From NCBI GenBank assembly GCA_937967455.1, contig CALCJK010000016.1:27485-91484 (forward strand): a DNA stretch of 64,000 bases. The letters are read 5' to 3'. A model generated the notes under the pieces. The model was not told the origin of the DNA, did no database searches, and saw only the letters and a list, made by a program, of their open reading frames with translations. Origin of the DNA: an uncultured bacterium (GTDB lineage: Bacteria; Bacteroidota; Ignavibacteria; UBA10030; BY39). Shown here piece after piece: positions 40,933-51,491 of this stretch (position 1 is the stretch's first letter; every line of letters starts with the position of its first letter). The position numbers were made by a program, and so were the translations under genes.

Positions 40933-41669
40933 AAATAATCCATTTATTTTTAATCATCTTAATCTTTTTAAGTTACACTTACTCACAAAATATTACAATT
41001 CAATACGAAGAAATGAAATACAAGAGTTTTAAAATTTCCTTCCAAAAAGATTTAAATTTGGAGGAAGTTAAATCAATAGGTGACCAATTGGATCATTACT
41101 TGAATCACTGGAAAAACATATTAAAAATTAAGAAAGTTAGAAATGTAGAATTTCGTTTATATAAATCTGAAAAAGCTTACAAAAACAAGTCAAATGTTAA
41201 CTTTAATCAGGAAGTTTTTCTTTATAAAGATATTATTCACTTATCTCCCAAAATTTTTGATAGAAATTATTTATTAACTGATAAGTTGTTAGCAAATGCT
41301 GTTGTTTTGGCTTTATTAAAAGAATCGGGTAAAAAAGGTTGTCCAAAATGGTTGATTGAATCTTATGCGATATATTTGTCTGGAATGAGAGATGCTGATC
41401 AACAAAGCACAATTAATATCTCTTATAGTCTTAAAGATTTTAAACAAGAATATTCTCAACTCAAGAAGGAAAGTCAATACAAAGCATTTTTGTCAAAGAG
41501 CTCAGTATTTTTTGAGTTTGTAAATAAAAGATATGGTAGTGAGAGATTAAATTATTTATTTAGACTGTTTAATGGTAAAAGGTCAGAGGAACAAGCTTTT
41601 GAGATGGCTTTTGGAGAGAAGTTTGATGAAATCGAAAGAGCCTGGAAGGTTTATCTCAGAAAAAATTAG
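40929..41669 (+). CDS. hypothetical secreted protein
   Basis: It has a signal peptide ([20 protein letters not shown]). No family recognised. Confidence 0.4.
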   Translation: MKIIHLFLIILIFLSYTYSQNITIQYEEMKYKSFKISFQKDLNLEEVKSIGDQLDHYLNHWKNILKIKKVRNVEFRLYKSEKAYKNKSNVNFNQEVFLYKDIIHLSPKIFDRNYLLTDKLLANAVVLALLKESGKKGCPKWLIESYAIYLSGMRDADQQSTINISYSLKDFKQEYSQLKKESQYKAFLSKSSVFFEFVNKRYGSERLNYLFRLFNGKRSEEQAFEMAFGEKFDEIERAWKVYLRKN

Positions 41670-41688
41670 AAGTGCAAAAAAAGTTCTA

Positions 41689-42585
41689 ATGCTATTTCTA
41701 GATGGAGTCGGAGTAGGGAACAAAAATCCTGATAAAAATCCTTTTTTTAAAACAGACTTTCCAGCATTAAAATTTATACTTAATGAACGAATGCCTCATA
41801 TCAATAAACATTCAATTAGAGATAATTATGTTTTTTATAAAAATATCAATGCTACACTTGGTATTGCTGGATTGCCTCAGAGTGGAACAGGACAGACGGC
41901 ATTATTGTGCGGTATGAACGCAGCAAGATTTATTGGTAAACATTTTGGACCCTATCCTTATTCAACTTTAGTTGATGTATTAGCTAATAAAAATATTTTT
42001 CTGCAAGTAGAAATTTCAGGAAAAAAGCCTTTTTATGTGAATGCTTATCCGCCGAAATATTTTGATTATATTAAGAATAGAAAATCACACCGTACAGCTA
42101 CAACATTAGCTTGGACCTTATCTGGGAATAGTTTAAATGATTTTAGAAAATTAAGAAAATCTGAAGCTTTATCATCTGATATTACAGGTGAAAGATGGAA
42201 TAATCTCGGTTTCCCTAAGATTGATGAAATTAATCCAGAAGAAGCAGGGAAAAGGTTGGTAAGTTTTTTTAAAAATTATGACTTTGTTTTTTTTGAGTAT
42301 TTTTATACAGATCATGCGGGTCATCATCAATCAATGGAAAAAGCAACCGAAGAGTTAAAAAAAATAGATTCTTTAATTGCAGGTATATTGAGCAGCTTTA
42401 ATAAAAATGAGATGACGCTGATTATTACAAGCGATCATGGAAATATTGAAGACCTATCTGTAAGAACTCATACAAGGAATCCAGTACCTTTAATTGTTTA
42501 TGGGGAAATGGCAAAACGTATAAATTCAGGTATCAAAAATATCTCACAAATAACTCCAGAAATTATAAAATTTTTTAATGAATAA
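41689..42585 (+). CDS. alkaline-phosphatase-superfamily metalloenzyme domain protein (ApgM/phosphopentomutase-like)
   Basis: The track ORF begins at 41572 inside the previous gene. The in-frame ATG at 41689 gives MLFLDGVGVGN, which is metalloenzyme-like. The C-terminal ITSDHGNIEDL...HTRNPVPLIVYG resembles cofactor-independent mutases. Confidence 0.5.
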   Translation: MLFLDGVGVGNKNPDKNPFFKTDFPALKFILNERMPHINKHSIRDNYVFYKNINATLGIAGLPQSGTGQTALLCGMNAARFIGKHFGPYPYSTLVDVLANKNIFLQVEISGKKPFYVNAYPPKYFDYIKNRKSHRTATTLAWTLSGNSLNDFRKLRKSEALSSDITGERWNNLGFPKIDEINPEEAGKRLVSFFKNYDFVFFEYFYTDHAGHHQSMEKATEELKKIDSLIAGILSSFNKNEMTLIITSDHGNIEDLSVRTHTRNPVPLIVYGEMAKRINSGIKNISQITPEIIKFFNE

Positions 42586-44964
42586 ATGTTTGCCAATAAA
42601 CCAGCAGTTAAAATTTTAATTCTATTTGCTGTTGGGATTATTTTAGGCAAATTCATTAATCTAGTATCCTACATAACGTTATATATCGGAATATTATTAA
42701 TAATTTTATTGTTTATTACTTATAAATGGAACCGAAACGTTTTATTTACTATTTCATTAGGGACTCTATTAATATTTTTGGGTTTTATAAAATTTTATTT
42801 TGATGCTCGTTATATCCATAATAATCGAATCGATAATTTCATCTCACGCAGTGATGTATTGATAGTAAAGGGCAGAATAACTGATCAACCTATCAAGAAA
42901 ACAAAATATCTCCAGTTTGTTATCGATGCTGATACTTTAATTACTAATGATTCATTATTTATTGTATCAGGTGGTGCTCAAATCATTATACCGTTAGAAA
43001 AAATTAGAGATATTAACCGTTTTAGGTTCGGATATAGAACCACGATTTTTTCTGGCTTATACGCTTTGAGAACTGCAAGAAATCCTGGTGAATTCGATAT
43101 GAAAAATTATCTGGAAGCATATGATATTTATGCAAGAATTCAACTTGATGACGATGAAAAAATATTAATTGACAGTTCAGCTGACAAAAGTTTACTATCA
43201 ATTATATACTCTTTGCGCTCCCTGATTGCTAAAAATATCGAAACTCAAATTGGTGGTTTAGAAGCTACATTTTTGAAGGGAATTTTAATTGGGGATAGAA
43301 GCGAAATTCCATTTGAGTTGAAAGAATCATTTGTAAATTCTGGTGTAGTACATATTCTTGCTGTATCTGGTCTGCATGTGGGAATAATAACTTTTGTTAT
43401 CATAGCTGTTTTTAACCTTTTTCGCCTTCCCGAAAGGATTAGATATCTATTAACTATGTTTTGTTTGGTTTTTTATATCTTTTTAACAGGTGGTTCTGCT
43501 TCAGTCATCCGAGCAACTATAATGGCAGTAATCTTAATGGGTTCGTTTGTGTTTCAACGGAAATTTAATATCTATAACTCTATTGCAGTTGCTGCTTTGA
43601 TAATTCTAATACTTGATTCCAGGCAAATATTTTCTCCAGGATTTCAATTATCGTTTGTTGCAGTAATATCAATTGTAGTACTTTATCCAAAAATTTCCAA
43701 TTTAAAAAATTATTTACCGGAAAACTTAAAACAGATGAAGGTTTTGAAATATATCATTGCATTATTTTCTGTATCATTTACATCAGCTATTGGGACACTT
43801 CCGTTTACATCATACTATTTTGGTAAGATATCAATAATTGGACTTGTTGCTAACTTGTTAATTGTTCCGTTGATGGGAATTGTGCTATCTGTTGGTGTTG
43901 CGTTTACAGTGTTCAGCTTTATTAGCAGCTCAATATCCAGCTTATTTTCTGAAGTTACAAAATTACTTTCAACAATTTTATTATATTCTGTTAATTATTT
44001 TGGATCTTTGAAATATTCTCACATTAACTCATATTTTTCACTGAGTGGTGGGCTACTGTATTATTTTTGGATATTTTATATTGTTACTATAAAAAAACAG
44101 AAAATTTTGGGCAGGATAGTTATAGGAATGCTGCTAATATTAAATATTTATGTTTTTTCCACCATATTTGAAAAATCAAATCTAGAATTTTTATTCTTTG
44201 ATGTAGGTCAAGGAGATGCAATTTTCATAAGAACGCCTGAGAATAAAACAATTTTAATTGATGCTGGTATGAAAAATCCTAATTATGATGCTGCACAATG
44301 GTTCATTAAACCATATTTGTTAAGGAATAATATTAAAAGGTTAGATCTTGTAATTAATTCTCATCCACATTCTGACCACCTCGGTGGTATTCCAACAATG
44401 TTGCGTAATCTTAATGTTACCCGTATGATTGATGCAGGTTCAGCGGAAAGATCAGATATGTATAATGAATACAAAAAATTATTGGATTCATTGAAGATTA
44501 ATTATGTTATAAAAACTCGAGGTGATACAATTTTTATTGATGATAAAATTCGTTTATATGTTTTGAATCCTTCTGCAAAAATTTTAAGCACAAGTAATTT
44601 GAATAATCATTCAATCGTTTTAAAGATATTGTATAAAAAGACCTCTATTATTTTAACAGGTGATATTGAGTCGGAATATGAAATGGAATTAGCTGAGTTA
44701 TATAAAGAATTTTTGAAATCGGATGTTTTTAAATGTCCACATCATGGAAGTAATACAAGCAGTAGTAAAGATTTTATTAAGTTTGTAAATCCAAAATATG
44801 CCATTATTTCTGTTGGTCAAAACAATAAATATGGCCATCCATCTAAAGAAGTATTAGACAGATTGAAGCATATGGATATAAATATTTTTAGAACTGATCA
44901 GCATGGTGCGATATTGTTTCATTCTGATGGGGAGGAAGTATGGAATGTTGATTGGAGGGAATAA
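42586..44964 (+). CDS. comEC: DNA internalisation competence protein ComEC/Rec2
   Basis: The body is polytopic membrane. The C-terminus has a metallo-beta-lactamase domain with HPHSDHLGG. The length is 792 aa. Confidence 0.85.
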   Translation: MFANKPAVKILILFAVGIILGKFINLVSYITLYIGILLIILLFITYKWNRNVLFTISLGTLLIFLGFIKFYFDARYIHNNRIDNFISRSDVLIVKGRITDQPIKKTKYLQFVIDADTLITNDSLFIVSGGAQIIIPLEKIRDINRFRFGYRTTIFSGLYALRTARNPGEFDMKNYLEAYDIYARIQLDDDEKILIDSSADKSLLSIIYSLRSLIAKNIETQIGGLEATFLKGILIGDRSEIPFELKESFVNSGVVHILAVSGLHVGIITFVIIAVFNLFRLPERIRYLLTMFCLVFYIFLTGGSASVIRATIMAVILMGSFVFQRKFNIYNSIAVAALIILILDSRQIFSPGFQLSFVAVISIVVLYPKISNLKNYLPENLKQMKVLKYIIALFSVSFTSAIGTLPFTSYYFGKISIIGLVANLLIVPLMGIVLSVGVAFTVFSFISSSISSLFSEVTKLLSTILLYSVNYFGSLKYSHINSYFSLSGGLLYYFWIFYIVTIKKQKILGRIVIGMLLILNIYVFSTIFEKSNLEFLFFDVGQGDAIFIRTPENKTILIDAGMKNPNYDAAQWFIKPYLLRNNIKRLDLVINSHPHSDHLGGIPTMLRNLNVTRMIDAGSAERSDMYNEYKKLLDSLKINYVIKTRGDTIFIDDKIRLYVLNPSAKILSTSNLNNHSIVLKILYKKTSIILTGDIESEYEMELAELYKEFLKSDVFKCPHHGSNTSSSKDFIKFVNPKYAIISVGQNNKYGHPSKEVLDRLKHMDINIFRTDQHGAILFHSDGEEVWNVDWRE

Positions 44965-45058
44965 AGATATTATATGTTATTTATCTTTCTAAAAATTCGT
45001 AAAAAATTTTGTTTCAGTCCATCTTTTTAATTATTTTAAATAAAAAAGGTTAAGAAGG

Positions 45059-46699
45059 ATGGATAAAATCCATAAAAAGTATATGGAATGGATGGAAAAA
45101 ATTTTATCTCCATTCTTGAGTAAGAATATGGAAAGAAAAAAATCCTTTACTACGGATTCTAATATAAATATAGAAAGATTATATTTACCTAAAGAAATTG
45201 ATTATGAAAATGAAATAGGTTTTCCTGGAGATTATCCGTTCTTGCGTGGCGTGTATCCAACAATGTATAGAGGTCGCCTCTGGACAATGCGCCAGTATGC
45301 TGGATTTGGTAATGCAGAGGAAACAAATAAAAGATTTCACTTTTTGTTAAATCATGGCACTACTGGACTTTCAGTTGCGTTCGATTTGCCAACTCAAATA
45401 GGTTACGATTCTGATCATGATTATGCTGAAGGTGAGGTTGGTAAGGTTGGTGTTGCAATCGATTCGCTTGAAGATATGGAGGTGCTTTTTAATGGAATTG
45501 AATTAAAAAAGATCTCTACATCGATGACTATCAATGCAACTGCTGCTATTTTACTCTGTATGTATGTAGCTATCGCTAAAAAACAAAATGCTGATTTATC
45601 AAAGATTTCGGGAACGATACAAAATGATATTTTAAAAGAATATATATCCCGCGGAACTTACATCTATCCTCCTGAACCTTCAATGAGATTGGTTACAGAT
45701 ATTTTCAGCTGGTGTAATAGTAATTTACCCAGATGGAACACCATCTCAATCAGTGGATATCATATTCGGGAAGCTGGTGCAAATGCAGTTCAGGAGGTAG
45801 CTTTTACACTGGCAAATGCAATAGCTTATGTTTCGGCAGCAATTGATGCAGGACTTGATGTCAATAATTTTGGTTCTCAGTTATCTTTCTTTTTTAACTC
45901 GCACAATAATTTCTTTGAGGAAATTGCAAAGTTTAGAGCAGCACGACGACTTTGGGCAAAAATTATGCGAAATAAATTCAATGCTAAGAATCCAGAATCA
46001 ATGAAATTGCGCTTTCATGCACAAACTGCAGGTTCAACCTTAACTGCTCAACAAATCGATAACAATATTATAAGGGTAACATTACAAGCTCTTGCTGCTG
46101 TTCTTGGAGGTTGTCAGTCGCTTCATACAAATAGTAAAGATGAAGCCCTGTCTCTTCCAACTGAGGATTCAGTCCAGCTTGCTTTACGTACACAACAAAT
46201 CATTGCTTATGAAAGTGGTGTAACAGATACAATCGATCCACTTTGTGGTTCATATTTTATTGAGGAATTAACCAATCGGATTGAACAAAATGCAATGGAA
46301 TACATTGAAAAGATCCAGAATCTTGGTGGTTCTGTAAAAGCAATCGAATCAAAATTTTATCAAAATGAGATTGCAAATAGTTCGTATGAATATCAAAAAG
46401 CTATAGAGAAGAAAGAAAAAATAATTGTTGGGTTAAATGAATTTGTAACTGAAAGTAAAATTCAACCAAAAATTTTAAGAATCGAGCAAACAATTAGAGA
46501 TAAGCAAATTCAAAGACTCAAGGCTCTAAAACAGAAGAGGAATAATCAGGAAGTTCGGCAAAAGTTGGAAGATTTGAAACGTGTTGCAGAAACATCACAA
46601 AACTTAATTCCAAAAATACTGGATGCTGTAGAATCGTATGCAACGCTTGGCGAAATATCAGATGCTTTAAGAGATGTTTGGGGTGAATATAAAGAATGA
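45059..46699 (+). CDS. methylmalonyl-CoA mutase family, catalytic (large, N-terminal) subunit without B12-binding domain
   Basis: [30 protein letters not shown] and [21 protein letters not shown] match the TIM-barrel substrate domain of acyl-CoA mutases. The protein ends before a B12 (DxHxxG) domain would begin. Confidence 0.8.
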   Translation: MDKIHKKYMEWMEKILSPFLSKNMERKKSFTTDSNINIERLYLPKEIDYENEIGFPGDYPFLRGVYPTMYRGRLWTMRQYAGFGNAEETNKRFHFLLNHGTTGLSVAFDLPTQIGYDSDHDYAEGEVGKVGVAIDSLEDMEVLFNGIELKKISTSMTINATAAILLCMYVAIAKKQNADLSKISGTIQNDILKEYISRGTYIYPPEPSMRLVTDIFSWCNSNLPRWNTISISGYHIREAGANAVQEVAFTLANAIAYVSAAIDAGLDVNNFGSQLSFFFNSHNNFFEEIAKFRAARRLWAKIMRNKFNAKNPESMKLRFHAQTAGSTLTAQQIDNNIIRVTLQALAAVLGGCQSLHTNSKDEALSLPTEDSVQLALRTQQIIAYESGVTDTIDPLCGSYFIEELTNRIEQNAMEYIEKIQNLGGSVKAIESKFYQNEIANSSYEYQKAIEKKEKIIVGLNEFVTESKIQPKILRIEQTIRDKQIQRLKALKQKRNNQEVRQKLEDLKRVAETSQNLIPKILDAVESYATLGEISDALRDVWGEYKE

Positions 46700-46715
46700 A
46701 GGAAGTCAATATCAA

Positions 46716-48257
46716 ATGAATCAAAGAGATATAATATTAGTATTAGATTTTGGTTCGCAATATACACAGCTGATTGCACGCAGAATAAGGGAAGTTGGTG
46801 TTTATTCTGAAATTGTCCCGTATTCAATTTCGGTTGAGGAAATTAAGAAAATTAATCCACGTGGATTAGTATTTTCTGGTGGTCCTGCAAGTGTCTATGG
46901 AGTAAATTCACCAGTTCCTGATGGAGAGATTTTTAGTTTGAATATTCCAATACTTGGGATATGTTATGGACTACAATTGATTTGCTCTATGTTGGGTGGA
47001 AAAATTAAACAAGCTAAAGTACGCGAATTTGGAAAAGCGGAAATGTTTCTGGATAGCAATTCTAATTTATTTTCAGGATTAAATGAAAAAATAAATGTTT
47101 GGATGAGCCATTCGGATATTGTTACAGAAATTCCCGATTCTTTTAAAATTATTGCCCGCACAGAAGCATCTCAATTCTGTGCAATAGAAGACTCAAAAAA
47201 GAGAATATTTGGTGTTCAATTCCATCCCGAAGTAGTGCATACAGAAAATGGTATAAACATTTTTAAGAATTTTGTTTATAAAATTTGTGAATGTTCTGGA
47301 ACATGGAGTCCAAAATATTTTATTGATAATAAAATCGAAGAAATTAATAAAATAGTTGGAAATAAAAAAGTAATTTGTGCAATAAGTGGTGGAGTTGATT
47401 CAACAGTCCTTGCTGTGTTAATGAACAAGGCAATCGGTAAGAATTTATATTGCTTCCATATTAATAATGGAGTTATGAGGGAATCAGAAAGTGAAGATGT
47501 TGTATCAAGTTTTAGGAAGTTTTTCAATATAGATATTGATTATATTGATGCAACAGAAGAATTCTTATCTCGTCTTGCTGGAGTTGAAGACCCTGAAATG
47601 AAGAGAAAAATCATTGGAAATACTTTTATAGAAATTTTCGAGAGAGAAGCAATTAAAATAGGGAATATAGCTTATCTTGCACAGGGAACTTTATACCCTG
47701 ATGTCATTGAATCGAGTTCTGCTACTTCTCCATCTGTAAAAATAAAATCACACCATAATGTAGGCGGATTACCTGAGAAGATGCACTTAAAATTGATTGA
47801 ACCCCTCAGAGAATTATTTAAAGACGAAGTTAGAAAAATTGGCAGTGAATTGAAAATCCCTGAAGAAATGTTGAATCGTCATCCATTCCCCGGTCCAGGT
47901 TTAGCTGTTCGTATCATCGGTGAAGTTACAAGAGAAAAACTTGAGATACTCCGTAAAGCTGACTCAATCTTCATAGAGGAAATCAAAAAAGCTGATCTTT
48001 ATAAAGATATCTGGCAGGCATTTGCTGTATTACTTCCGGTGCAAACAGTTGGCGTAATGGGTGATGAAAGAACTTATGAAAATGTTATAGCATTAAGAGC
48101 TGTTTCAAGTGTGGACGGCATGACCGCTGATTGGTATAAAATGCCACTGGACTTACTCGAAAAAGTTTCTAATAGAATTATTAATGAAGTTCATGGAATT
48201 AATCGTGTAGTATATGATATAAGTTCCAAACCACCAGCTACTATAGAATGGGAATAG
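46716..48257 (+). CDS. guaA: GMP synthase (glutamine-hydrolysing)
   Basis: [27 protein letters not shown] matches the E. coli GuaA N-terminus. The PP-loop SGGVDS is present. The track start (46674) is replaced by the ATG at 46716. Confidence 0.9.
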   Translation: MNQRDIILVLDFGSQYTQLIARRIREVGVYSEIVPYSISVEEIKKINPRGLVFSGGPASVYGVNSPVPDGEIFSLNIPILGICYGLQLICSMLGGKIKQAKVREFGKAEMFLDSNSNLFSGLNEKINVWMSHSDIVTEIPDSFKIIARTEASQFCAIEDSKKRIFGVQFHPEVVHTENGINIFKNFVYKICECSGTWSPKYFIDNKIEEINKIVGNKKVICAISGGVDSTVLAVLMNKAIGKNLYCFHINNGVMRESESEDVVSSFRKFFNIDIDYIDATEEFLSRLAGVEDPEMKRKIIGNTFIEIFEREAIKIGNIAYLAQGTLYPDVIESSSATSPSVKIKSHHNVGGLPEKMHLKLIEPLRELFKDEVRKIGSELKIPEEMLNRHPFPGPGLAVRIIGEVTREKLEILRKADSIFIEEIKKADLYKDIWQAFAVLLPVQTVGVMGDERTYENVIALRAVSSVDGMTADWYKMPLDLLEKVSNRIINEVHGINRVVYDISSKPPATIEWE

Positions 48258-48264
48258 ATATACT

Positions 48265-49098
48265 ATGAAAAAATATCTCCGTTTTATAAAAATTGAGCAC
48301 ACATTATTTTCACTACCTTTAGTCTACGCTGGAGTATTTCTCGCAGTTGAAGATTTTCCATCCTCGAAATTATTGATTTTAGTACTATTAGCGGCAATTG
48401 GTGCAAGAATATTTGCAATGTCGATAAATAGAATCATTGATGCTGAAATCGATAAGAGAAATGCTCGTACAAAAAATCGAGAAATACCTTCCAATCAAAT
48501 GAATATATTTGAAGGATTTGCAATTGCGATTGCTGGATTGATAATTTATTTATCTTCAGCATATTATATTTCTATCTTTTGCTTTTTTCTTTCTCCAATA
48601 CCATTAATTATTTTTGTAATTTACCCTTACTTGAAAAGGTTTACAAAATTAGCACACTTCGGTGTTGGATTAGGACTTTCAATGGCACCACTGGGAGGGT
48701 GGTTTGCAGTAAAAAATAGTTTTGAACAATTACATATTGGTTTGTTATTACCTTTGTTTACTTTTTTTTGGGCAACAGGCTTCGATATTATATATTCCAC
48801 TCTTGATGAATCGTTTGATAAAAAAGAGGGACTATTTTCTTTCCCGGCTGTTTATGGTTCACAAAAAGCACTAAAATTTTCAGCTCTTTTACATGTACTT
48901 TCATTTATTGTGTTAATTATTACCTATATAATTACAATAAATAAAATTGCTGCGCTTCCGTTTTTGTTATTCACAGGTTACTTGCTGTATCTTGAACAAA
49001 AAAAATCTACAGATGTCGAACTTGCATTTTTTAAGATAAATGCAATAGTAGGATTTGTCGTTTTTATTATGATCATGATGAAAGGAATAAAATTATGA
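48265..49098 (+). CDS. UbiA-family aromatic prenyltransferase (MqnP-like candidate)
   Basis: A polytopic membrane protein with the prenyltransferase Asp-rich region NRIIDAEIDKRNARTKNR. It overlaps ubiX and lies just upstream of the UbiD-like gene. Confidence 0.75.
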   Translation: MKKYLRFIKIEHTLFSLPLVYAGVFLAVEDFPSSKLLILVLLAAIGARIFAMSINRIIDAEIDKRNARTKNREIPSNQMNIFEGFAIAIAGLIIYLSSAYYISIFCFFLSPIPLIIFVIYPYLKRFTKLAHFGVGLGLSMAPLGGWFAVKNSFEQLHIGLLLPLFTFFWATGFDIIYSTLDESFDKKEGLFSFPAVYGSQKALKFSALLHVLSFIVLIITYIITINKIAALPFLLFTGYLLYLEQKKSTDVELAFFKINAIVGFVVFIMIMMKGIKL

Positions 49099-49646
49099 AA
49101 ATTGCTGTAGGAATTACAGGATCATCAGGTGCAATATTTGCAGTGGAATTTTTGAAGAATTGCCCTGCAGAAAAGTTTTTGGTAGTATCTAAGTGGGGTA
49201 AAGTGGTGCTTAAAGATGAAGTTGGACTAACAGACAAGGATCTTAAGCCTTATATTAAAAGACAATTTTCAAATGATGATCTTACTTCACCATTAGCTTC
49301 AGGAACAAATTCGATCGATGCTGTAATTATTATCCCATGTACAACATCTACAATTGGAAAAATTGCTTCTGGTATTGGTGATACACTCTTAACAAGAATG
49401 GCACAGGTCGCATTAAAAGAAAAAAGGAAACTCATATTGTGTGTTAGGGAAACTCCGCTCTCAACAATTACACTTGAACAAGCATGGAAATTATCAAGAG
49501 ATGGTGTGATAATTATGCCTATATCTCCACCATTGTATTTTAAACCACAAAATATACAGGAATATGTTGATGCATTTGTAAATAAGCTGAATGGCGTATT
49601 AGGAGTTCAGGAAATTAAGGGTTGGAGGTATGAAGAGTTAGAATGA
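49095..49646 (+). CDS. ubiX: flavin prenyltransferase UbiX/Pad1 family
   Basis: The N-terminus reads MKIAVGITGSSGAIFA. The size is 183 aa. Confidence 0.85.
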   Translation: MKIAVGITGSSGAIFAVEFLKNCPAEKFLVVSKWGKVVLKDEVGLTDKDLKPYIKRQFSNDDLTSPLASGTNSIDAVIIIPCTTSTIGKIASGIGDTLLTRMAQVALKEKRKLILCVRETPLSTITLEQAWKLSRDGVIIMPISPPLYFKPQNIQEYVDAFVNKLNGVLGVQEIKGWRYEELE

Positions 49647-51460
49647 TCAGAAAATTCACTTCTTTAAAAGAATTTGTGTTTTATCTTGAATCTATTGGTG
49701 ATTTGCATCGCATTCAAGTCGAAGCAGATCCATACCTAGAAACCACTGAAGTTGCAATACGGGCATTAAAAGAGAACAAACCTGCCATACTTTTTGAAAA
49801 TCCCAAAGGGGCAAAGTTTCCACTTGCTATGAATATTCTGGCAAGTGAAAAAAGAATTGAACATGCCCTTGGTGTTCATCCTGAAGAGTTGGGAGAAAAA
49901 TTAATAAAATTTATCGAAATTATTTTTCCCCCGAATTTTAAAGTTTTATTGAAACATAGTTCAATGTTGTTTAGATTTCTTCGTGCAATACCTAAAAAAT
50001 CTCATGGGTTTTCACAGGATGTGATCAAAGACCCAGATTTATCACAGCTACCAATACAAAAATGCTGGCCAGGTGATGGTGGAAAATTTATTACTCTTGG
50101 ACAAGTAATTACTTATGACCCATTAAGTAAAAAAAGGAATATTGGCATTTACAGGATGCAAGTTTTTGATAATGTATCGACTGGTATGCACTGGCAAATT
50201 CAGAAAGGTGGTGGTTTTCATTATTATCAAGCTCAAAAACTAAATCAACCACTCGAAGTTGCTGTAGTAATAGGTAGTGATCCAGCACTTTTGCTCGCCA
50301 GTGTAGCAGCACTACCTGAAGGTATTGATGAAGTTTTATTTGCAGGTTTTTTACGAAATGATAGGATTCGGTTAACAAAAGCTAAAACAATTTCAATTGA
50401 TGTCCCATCTAATGCTGAATTTATTTTGGAAGGTAAAATCTCACCTACGGAATCAAGATTAGAAGGACCTTTTGGAGATCATTTTGGCCATTATTCGGCA
50501 GAATCTAATTTTCCAGTTTTTAGGTTAAGTGCAATCACTCACAGAAAAGATCCAATTTATCCGGGTACTATTGTAGGCAAACCACCAATGGAGGATAAAT
50601 TTTTAGGGAATGCAACTCAGCAAATTCTTGGTCCACTTATTCGACTAATCCATCCTGAGATTAAAAGTTTATGGGCATATTACGAAGCGGGATTTCATAA
50701 CCTGCTTGTAATTGCAATAGAAGAAAGGTACGAAAAGGAAGCTCTCAAAACAGCCCTCTCAGTAGTAGGTGAAGGTCAGCTCTCACTAACTAAATGTGTA
50801 ATTACTGTTTCTGCAGATGTTAACCCAAGAGATTGGAGTGCTGTATTAAATGAAATTAAACAGAATTTTGATCCGAAGTATGATTTTGTAATGGTTCCAA
50901 AAGTTCCACTGGATACACTCGACTTTACAAGTTACAAGATGAACCTCGGAAGTAAAATGATTATTGATGCGTGTAAGAAGAGAACTCGGAAATATGATAC
51001 ACAAAATATCCCAAAATATAATGTCAAAGATGTGATGCAATATCTATTAAATCTTAACAATCGAATACTTGATGTAAATATTTTACAAGATACATTGTTA
51101 ATTGTTAAAGTAAATTCAAACATTTTTGGAATAGAAACACCAGAACAATCCATTGGTAAGAAAATTGTCCAGAAAATTATTTTAGATCCACAATTTTCAG
51201 ATTATAAAATAATTGCAGTTGTTAGCGAAGATGTGAATATTCACGATCAGGAAAGTTATATCTGGGGTATTTTCACACGATTTGACTGTGAAAGGGATAT
51301 AATTTTCAAAGAACAAAAATTAATTGGAATATCACCTGTGTATTCTGGACCTATGGGAGTTGATGCAACCTGGAAATATGGTTATCCAAAACCATTATTG
51401 ATGGATGAGTCAATTATCAGGTTAGTAGACAATAAATGGAATACATATTGGAAAAAGTGA
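49643..51460 (+). CDS. UbiD-family (prFMN-dependent) decarboxylase
   Basis: The size (605 aa) and a UbiD-like N-terminal region fit. It is translationally coupled to ubiX. Confidence 0.8.
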   Translation: MIRKFTSLKEFVFYLESIGDLHRIQVEADPYLETTEVAIRALKENKPAILFENPKGAKFPLAMNILASEKRIEHALGVHPEELGEKLIKFIEIIFPPNFKVLLKHSSMLFRFLRAIPKKSHGFSQDVIKDPDLSQLPIQKCWPGDGGKFITLGQVITYDPLSKKRNIGIYRMQVFDNVSTGMHWQIQKGGGFHYYQAQKLNQPLEVAVVIGSDPALLLASVAALPEGIDEVLFAGFLRNDRIRLTKAKTISIDVPSNAEFILEGKISPTESRLEGPFGDHFGHYSAESNFPVFRLSAITHRKDPIYPGTIVGKPPMEDKFLGNATQQILGPLIRLIHPEIKSLWAYYEAGFHNLLVIAIEERYEKEALKTALSVVGEGQLSLTKCVITVSADVNPRDWSAVLNEIKQNFDPKYDFVMVPKVPLDTLDFTSYKMNLGSKMIIDACKKRTRKYDTQNIPKYNVKDVMQYLLNLNNRILDVNILQDTLLIVKVNSNIFGIETPEQSIGKKIVQKIILDPQFSDYKIIAVVSEDVNIHDQESYIWGIFTRFDCERDIIFKEQKLIGISPVYSGPMGVDATWKYGYPKPLLMDESIIRLVDNKWNTYWKK

Positions 51461-51491
51461 AAAAATTATTAAATAAAATAGTATCAAAAAT

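Noticed and set aside
41572-41688. N-terminal 39 codons of the 337-aa ORF overlapping the preceding gene
   Set aside because: It overlaps the 3' end of the 40929-41669 CDS in another frame. The metalloenzyme-like sequence starts at the ATG at 41689.
44965-45058. Possible cobalamin riboswitch upstream of the acyl-CoA mutase gene
   Set aside because: The gap is only 94 nt and lacks a recognisable B12-box. It is too short for a cobalamin aptamer.
46674-46715. guaA start at 46674, overlapping the mutase gene
   Set aside because: The GuaA homology ([12 protein letters not shown]) begins right after the Met at 46716. The upstream 14 codons overlap the mutase C-terminus.
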